Origin: an uncultured virus (IMG/VR IMGVR_UViG_3300027798_002855)
Lineage: Duplodnaviria; Heunggongvirae; Uroviricota; Caudoviricetes
Length of the DNA: 20,000 nucleotides
Virus record (IMG/VR): IMGVR_UViG_3300027798_002855
Strand: one strand, 5' to 3'
The notes beneath the pieces are model-generated. The model saw nothing but the letters and a program-made list of their open reading frames with translations, ran no database searches and was not told where the DNA came from. Each line of letters begins with the position of its first letter. Position 1 is the first letter of the stretch. Positions 15,393 to 20,000 of the stretch are shown here, one piece after another. Position numbers and translations under genes: made by a program.

Positions 15393-18300
15393 GTGGCTGA
15401 TGTAAATGCTAATATTGGCATACATGTAGACACTTCTTCATCTTTAGCACAAATAAAGGCGCTACAGCGTCAACTAGCATCACTCTACACAAGTATCAAT
15501 AGAGGTAGCGCTGCTGCGGCAGTAGCCCAAAAGGGCCTTGCTACAAACTTAATGAACAGCATAAATGCTGGCGGTAAGTTTTATGCTCAGATGGGCTCAG
15601 TTCGCACAAGTACGGAATCCTTTACTCACGCACTAGAGAAAAATAAACTCACTATGCGTGAGTATTTCCGTTTTGCTGGCGGATCTACAAGAACATTTGG
15701 AAGACTATTTAAATCAGAATTTAACACGATTGGCAGGGTAGCCGAAGAGCGTGTCAAGAAGATGCAGACCCAGTATGTTAAGTTGGGTCGTGATGCATCT
15801 GGAGCAATGAAGGCAATGTCCATAACTCCTACATCTTTAAATATGAAAGATTATGGAACCAGGGTAGCAGTAGCAGCACAAAAACAAGCAATATTAAATC
15901 AACTACTTAGACAAGGCTCTACCAACATATTGAACTTTGGTAAGAATATGCAGTGGTCTGGTCGTCAGTTGATGGTTGGTTTTACAGTGCCTCTTGCATA
16001 CTTTGGTGCTCTTGCTGGTAAAACATTTATGGATCTTGAAAAACAAGCTCTTAGATTTAAGCGTGTTTATGGAGACATGTTTACAACTTCAGATCAAACA
16101 AATAAAGCACTTGAAGAGGTACAGGCCTTAGCTAAGGGATTTACTAAGTATGGAGTTGCTGTTGCTAAAACTATGGAAATGGCTGCAAGTGCTGCAGCTA
16201 TGGGTAGAACAGGCGCAGAACTTACAGCGCAGGTTGCACAAGCCACAAGACTTGCAGTTCTTGGCAATGTTGAACAAGAAGAGGCACTTAAGACAACAAT
16301 ATCTTTAACGGATGCTTTTGGTTTGGCTGCAGAAGATCTAGCAGGGAAAATTAACTTTTTAAACTCTGTTGAAAACCAAACTATAACAGCAATTGAAGAT
16401 TTGACTATTGCTATTCCAAAGGCTGGACCAGTTGTTAAACAACTTGGAGGTAGCGTAGAAGATCTTGCATTCTTCCTAACTGCTATGCGTGAAGGTGGCA
16501 TCAATGCATCCGAAGGTGCTAACGCACTTAAGTCTGGTTTGGCATCTTTGATTAATCCATCAGATAAAGCAGCAGCAATGCTTGGCGATTTGGGAATTAA
16601 CATAAAAGGAATCGTTGAAGGAAATGTTGGAAATCTAAAACAGACAGTAATTGATTTTGCAAATGCATTAGACACTCTTGCCCCACTTGACAGATCAAGG
16701 GCAATTGAGCAATTATTTGGTAAGTTCCAGTTTGCACGTTTATCTACTTTATTTGAAAATGTTACTAAAGAAGGCGGGCAGGCGGCAAGAGTGTTGGATC
16801 TTGCTGGAAAGTCCATAGAAGAGCTTGCAATCTTGTCAGAGCGAGAACTAGGTGCAATAGAGGACTCTGTAGCAACAGATTTCAAAGAAGCCATAGAGCA
16901 ATTTAAATTAACTATTGCTCCAATAGGAAAAGAGTTTTTAAAAGCAATAACTCCTGTTGTTAAGTTTTTTGGAGAACTGTTTGAAAAATTTGGCAATCTT
17001 AGCGATGGATCTAAAAAGTTTATAGTAATCCTAACAACCCTTATTGGGCTTGTAGGTCCTACCCTGCTTATGACCTTTGGTTTGGTTGCTAACGGTGCAG
17101 CAAACATTATTAAAATGTTCTTGTTAATGAGAACTGGATTTTTAAAATTAAGTGGCAATAGTCAGGTTCTTGCTCAACAAACACAATATTTGAATACCGA
17201 ACAAATGGAAGCGGCTGTAGTTGCTGCGTCTTTGAATCAAGCACACTCAAGGCTTACTCAACAATTTAATATTGAAACAACAGCATTAAATCAACTTAGA
17301 AATGCATATATCACAGCCACTGCAGCAGCAGCAAGGTTTGCAGCAGCAAATCCTGGAATGATGATTCGTGGAGCAGGAAAAGTACCAAAGAAGTTTAATT
17401 CTGGAACCATGAAAGTTCCAGGGTACAAAAAAGGAACCGACTCAGTACCAGCAATGCTTACACCAGGTGAGGCGGTAATTCCAGAACCCATAGCACAAGA
17501 TGATAGATTTAAACCACTTGTTGCTGCACTTGTGTCCGGAGAAATAGCAAAGTATGAAACCGGAACAACAAGCGTAGTCTTCGGTGGAAATAAGTATAAT
17601 GCTAAAACTGCAAAAAGCTCTAAAAGTTTAAGTTTATTCTTAAATGGTCTTGTCAAAAATCCAGACGGAACTCTTACATATAACGATCCAAAGGATCCGT
17701 CTCTTACTAAAACTTTTACAAAAGAAAGATTAACACAGGTTCTTGCAAAATATTCTCCAAGAGGAGACTTAACTCTTGATAAAATTAAAAGATCTTTAGA
17801 GCTTGGAACATCTTATCAAGGCAAAAGAGGAGCAGGAAAATCATCTGCAGATCCTTACCTTAAAGCACTTGTTCAAAAAGCAAAATATCCAAATGCTTTA
17901 GCAGAACAACAAAAGATTGAGTCCACATTAAAACAAAAAGGAATTACTGCAAGTCAGCAGCAATTAAGAAATCTATTTCAGACACAAGCAGCTCACATTG
18001 TTCCAGATGTTGATGCAAATGGTAAAAAAATATGGAGAGCAGCAAACATTGTTCCAGATGCAGGCTATATAAATAACTACATGAACACTGCTGGTAAAAA
18101 TATAGGTAAAGAGCTTCAAGCAATGTCTGATAACGATTTAAAAAAGCTTGGTATTAAAAGATCAGAACTAAACAACATAGTTCGCGGACGTCACCCAATG
18201 ACTGGAGCAGCAGCAGGAACCTTGGCAAACATTGCAAGGTATCAAATTTCTAAAAATCCTAATGCAAGAGGAATATATCAAGCACACGCAGTGACTGCTG

Positions 18301-20000
18301 GAATGGATTATAGAGCTTCAACAGGATTTTATCCCGCTTCTGGAGCAATAAAAACTCTTGCTCAAATTTTCCCTAAAGATCCAAGAATAATAAAAGAGCT
18401 TGGAAAAAAAGTTGCTGTTGGCATTGGAGAAAAAATTAAGGGTGCTTCTGGAAAAATTACACAAGTAACTGGTCAAACAGGAAAACCAAGACCTCCTGGA
18501 ATGCAGGTTTCTGGAGGAGCTTCAAGTGATAGACGTATTGTTCCTGCTTCAGCTGCTCCTACGGTTTTTCCAAGAGGATTTAGAGGCCCAAGGCCATTTG
18601 CTCTGGGAGCAGATAAAGGATTGGGCGAAGGCAAGGTAGTCAAAAAAGGCTCAGCTGGCGCATCTTCAAGTAAGATTACAGCAGAAACAAGAAGAACAGA
18701 AAAGTCTATCAAAGAAAATACAAAAGCAAGAAACGATAATACAAAATCTACTGTTGCTGAATCTAAGTCTAAAAGTCAAGGAACAGTAGTACAACAAAAA
18801 AATACTCAGGTTACAAGTCGATATACGGAAGCACAAAGACAGGCTGCACGTGATCGTGCTGCTCTTCAACCTAGAAATGAAGCGGGTAGATTCATAAAAG
18901 GATCTGCTGTAGCACCACCTGGTCCAATAGACCCAAAGGCTGCTCGCATGGAAAAAATGCAAAGAATGTCAGCCAGGACTGGACCTATTGCAATGGCTGC
19001 AGGAACTGCGGCTATGGTCGCAGCTATGAGCGGTGCTGATCAAAAAATAACCAATATGCTATTTGGAGTTTCCATGATTGCTGGATTACTTCCATTGTTT
19101 ACTAGTAAACTTGGAGGTTTATTTGCTGTTGTTGCCCTAGTTGGTCTTGGAATGTACAAATTAGCTTCAGATATAAATAAAGCACGAGAAGAAGGGGTTG
19201 CTTTCGCTAAATCATTGACAATGACAAATGAAAAACTAATAGAGTTATCAAAAATTACTGGACAAGTTAGCGCTACAGAATCGGCAAAAAGGGGAAGACA
19301 GGCTCAACTCTCTGGCGCATCTGGAGTTCAAAGAAAAACAGGACAGAACATTATTCAAAGTGATTTTGGCAAAGGTCTTCTTAAAGATATAGAGAGTCAA
19401 AAAAAGTCAGGAGCCTCTGATGCCGATGTTGCAAATAGTGTTGCATTAGGATTATCAACTGCAATCATGCAAGGGGTTGTGACAACCGAGCAAGCAAAAA
19501 GCATTTCTGCTGCCCTTGGTGAAAAGCTTGGTAACTACAGCATTCCAGCACAAGTAACTGGAAAAATAGTGAGCCTGGTTGGTCCAAATGGAGAACGTCT
19601 AGAAAGCCAGCCATTGCAAGTTGCTCTTGAAATTAAAAAAGATTCAATGGAGCAGCAGGCTAAGGTGTTTCAAAATGCCATGTCACAAAGAAAAAGTTCT
19701 ACTTTAAGCACTGGAATGGGTGTTGGTTCTATTATGGCTGGAGCTGTTGCAGTCACAGCAGCCTCAGGTGGGTTGTTGGCTCCAGCAGCATTAGCCGCTA
19801 GTATTGGACTGGCTACTGCGGCAGCAATTCAAGGATCCAAAGTAAGAGCAAATAATCTTAAACTTGATACTGCAGCAATTCAGCTTGGATTTGAATCTAT
19901 AGCACAAGGTCAAGGACTTGTAGACTCACTTAATAAGCAGTATGATAATAAAATTAAACAAGCAAAAACCGAAAAGGAAATTAGCACACTTGAAGCAGAG
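15393..20000 (+). CDS. Tail tape measure protein (TP901-like core), 3'-truncated, at least 1536 aa
   Basis: SD GAGGTG 15381-15386, GTG 15393 (MADVNANIGIHVDTSSSLAQIKALQRQL); frame reads open to the window end (...EISTLEAE); Ala/Gly-rich helical core (EGGINASEGANALKSGLASLINP), hydrophobic segments, GTDSVPAMLTPGEAVIP motif. Confidence 0.92.
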   Translation, partial: MADVNANIGIHVDTSSSLAQIKALQRQLASLYTSINRGSAAAAVAQKGLATNLMNSINAGGKFYAQMGSVRTSTESFTHALEKNKLTMREYFRFAGGSTRTFGRLFKSEFNTIGRVAEERVKKMQTQYVKLGRDASGAMKAMSITPTSLNMKDYGTRVAVAAQKQAILNQLLRQGSTNILNFGKNMQWSGRQLMVGFTVPLAYFGALAGKTFMDLEKQALRFKRVYGDMFTTSDQTNKALEEVQALAKGFTKYGVAVAKTMEMAASAAAMGRTGAELTAQVAQATRLAVLGNVEQEEALKTTISLTDAFGLAAEDLAGKINFLNSVENQTITAIEDLTIAIPKAGPVVKQLGGSVEDLAFFLTAMREGGINASEGANALKSGLASLINPSDKAAAMLGDLGINIKGIVEGNVGNLKQTVIDFANALDTLAPLDRSRAIEQLFGKFQFARLSTLFENVTKEGGQAARVLDLAGKSIEELAILSERELGAIEDSVATDFKEAIEQFKLTIAPIGKEFLKAITPVVKFFGELFEKFGNLSDGSKKFIVILTTLIGLVGPTLLMTFGLVANGAANIIKMFLLMRTGFLKLSGNSQVLAQQTQYLNTEQMEAAVVAASLNQAHSRLTQQFNIETTALNQLRNAYITATAAAARFAAANPGMMIRGAGKVPKKFNSGTMKVPGYKKGTDSVPAMLTPGEAVIPEPIAQDDRFKPLVAALVSGEIAKYETGTTSVVFGGNKYNAKTAKSSKSLSLFLNGLVKNPDGTLTYNDPKDPSLTKTFTKERLTQVLAKYSPRGDLTLDKIKRSLELGTSYQGKRGAGKSSADPYLKALVQKAKYPNALAEQQKIESTLKQKGITASQQQLRNLFQTQAAHIVPDVDANGKKIWRAANIVPDAGYINNYMNTAGKNIGKELQAMSDNDLKKLGIKRSELNNIVRGRHPMTGAAAGTLANIARYQISKNPNARGIYQAHAVTAGMDYRASTGFYPASGAIKTLAQIFPKDPRIIKELGKKVAVGIGEKIKGASGKITQVTGQTGKPRPPGMQVSGGASSDRRIVPASAAPTVFPRGFRGPRPFALGADKGLGEGKVVKKGSAGASSSKITAETRRTEKSIKENTKARNDNTKSTVAESKSKSQGTVVQQKNTQVTSRYTEAQRQAARDRAALQPRNEAGRFIKGSAVAPPGPIDPKAARMEKMQRMSARTGPIAMAAGTAAMVAAMSGADQKITNMLFGVSMIAGLLPLFTSKLGGLFAVVALVGLGMYKLASDINKAREEGVAFAKSLTMTNEKLIELSKITGQVSATESAKRGRQAQLSGASGVQRKTGQNIIQSDFGKGLLKDIESQKKSGASDADVANSVALGLSTAIMQGVVTTEQAKSISAALGEKLGNYSIPAQVTGKIVSLVGPNGERLESQPLQVALEIKKDSMEQQAKVFQNAMSQRKSSTLSTGMGVGSIMAGAVAVTAASGGLLAPAALAASIGLATAAAIQGSKVRANNLKLDTAAIQLGFESIAQGQGLVDSLNKQYDNKIKQAKTEKEISTLEAE
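17987..18060 (+). repeat. 23-nt imperfect direct repeat with a 51-nt period inside the tape measure gene
   Basis: AGCAGCTCACATTGTTCCAGATG (17987-18009) vs AGCAGCAAACATTGTTCCAGATG (18038-18060), 21/23 identical; encodes AAHIVPD / AANIVPD. Confidence 0.85.

Larger units (their letters stand above)
1..20000 (+). mobile_element. Tailed dsDNA bacteriophage genome segment: nucleotide metabolism gene plus head and non-contractile tail morphogenesis module
   Basis: Canonical portal-protease-capsid-connectors-tail tube-chaperones-tape measure order; all genes co-oriented and tightly packed; no sheath gene; no host housekeeping genes, integrase or att site seen. Confidence 0.97.

Noticed and set aside
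15365..15395. Frameshift or readthrough from the short chaperone into the tape measure gene; TGTTATAAG as a promoter
   Set aside because: The tape measure frame has TAA immediately before its GTG; the motif lacks the final T of the -10 and overlaps the SD and start codon
462..18962. All minus-strand ORFs in the track (e.g. 894-1316, 8494-8901, 16094-17158) and short alternative-frame plus ORFs (3515, 7242, 9932)
   Set aside because: They lie within or across well-supported plus-strand genes, show no recognisable motifs, and look like antisense or frame shadows of biased codon usage
1..20000. CRISPR array, tRNA/rRNA genes, introns/inteins, integrase/att sites, DGR repeats, stop-codon reassignment
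   Set aside because: No repeat-spacer array, cloverleaf or long intergenic space seen; ORFs are intact at expected sizes under the standard code, with TAA, TAG and TGA all used as stops

Overview
A gene-dense, AT-rich, entirely plus-strand segment of a tailed dsDNA phage with siphovirus-type morphogenesis genes; an environmental actinobacterial host is plausible but is my inference. Gene order: 3' end of an upstream gene, class II (B12-dependent) ribonucleotide reductase, a 1192-aa LamG/lectin-like protein, a small unknown protein, portal, prohead protease with a nested scaffold, major capsid protein, a Rho-N/HeH-like small protein, four head-tail joining genes, major tail protein, two tail assembly chaperone genes, and a tape measure gene (GTG 15393, still open at the window end; missing from the ORF track). 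Eight intergenic extended -10 promoters (TGnTAwAmT) and two intrinsic terminators punctuate the module, and some genes look leaderless. Three observations stand out. (1) The tail chaperone pair looks like a gene duplication: a hard-wired G-T fusion and a separate G-only paralog, each with its own promoter, in place of the usual G/GT frameshift. (2) AGCT is almost absent from the first 16 kb (3 sites) but common in the last 4 kb (19 sites), which suggests a swapped tape measure gene. (3) The tape measure protein carries a basic ~350-aa insert with HNH-like and DUF1127/SAM-like motifs. All product calls come from motif recognition and gene order; no searches were run.
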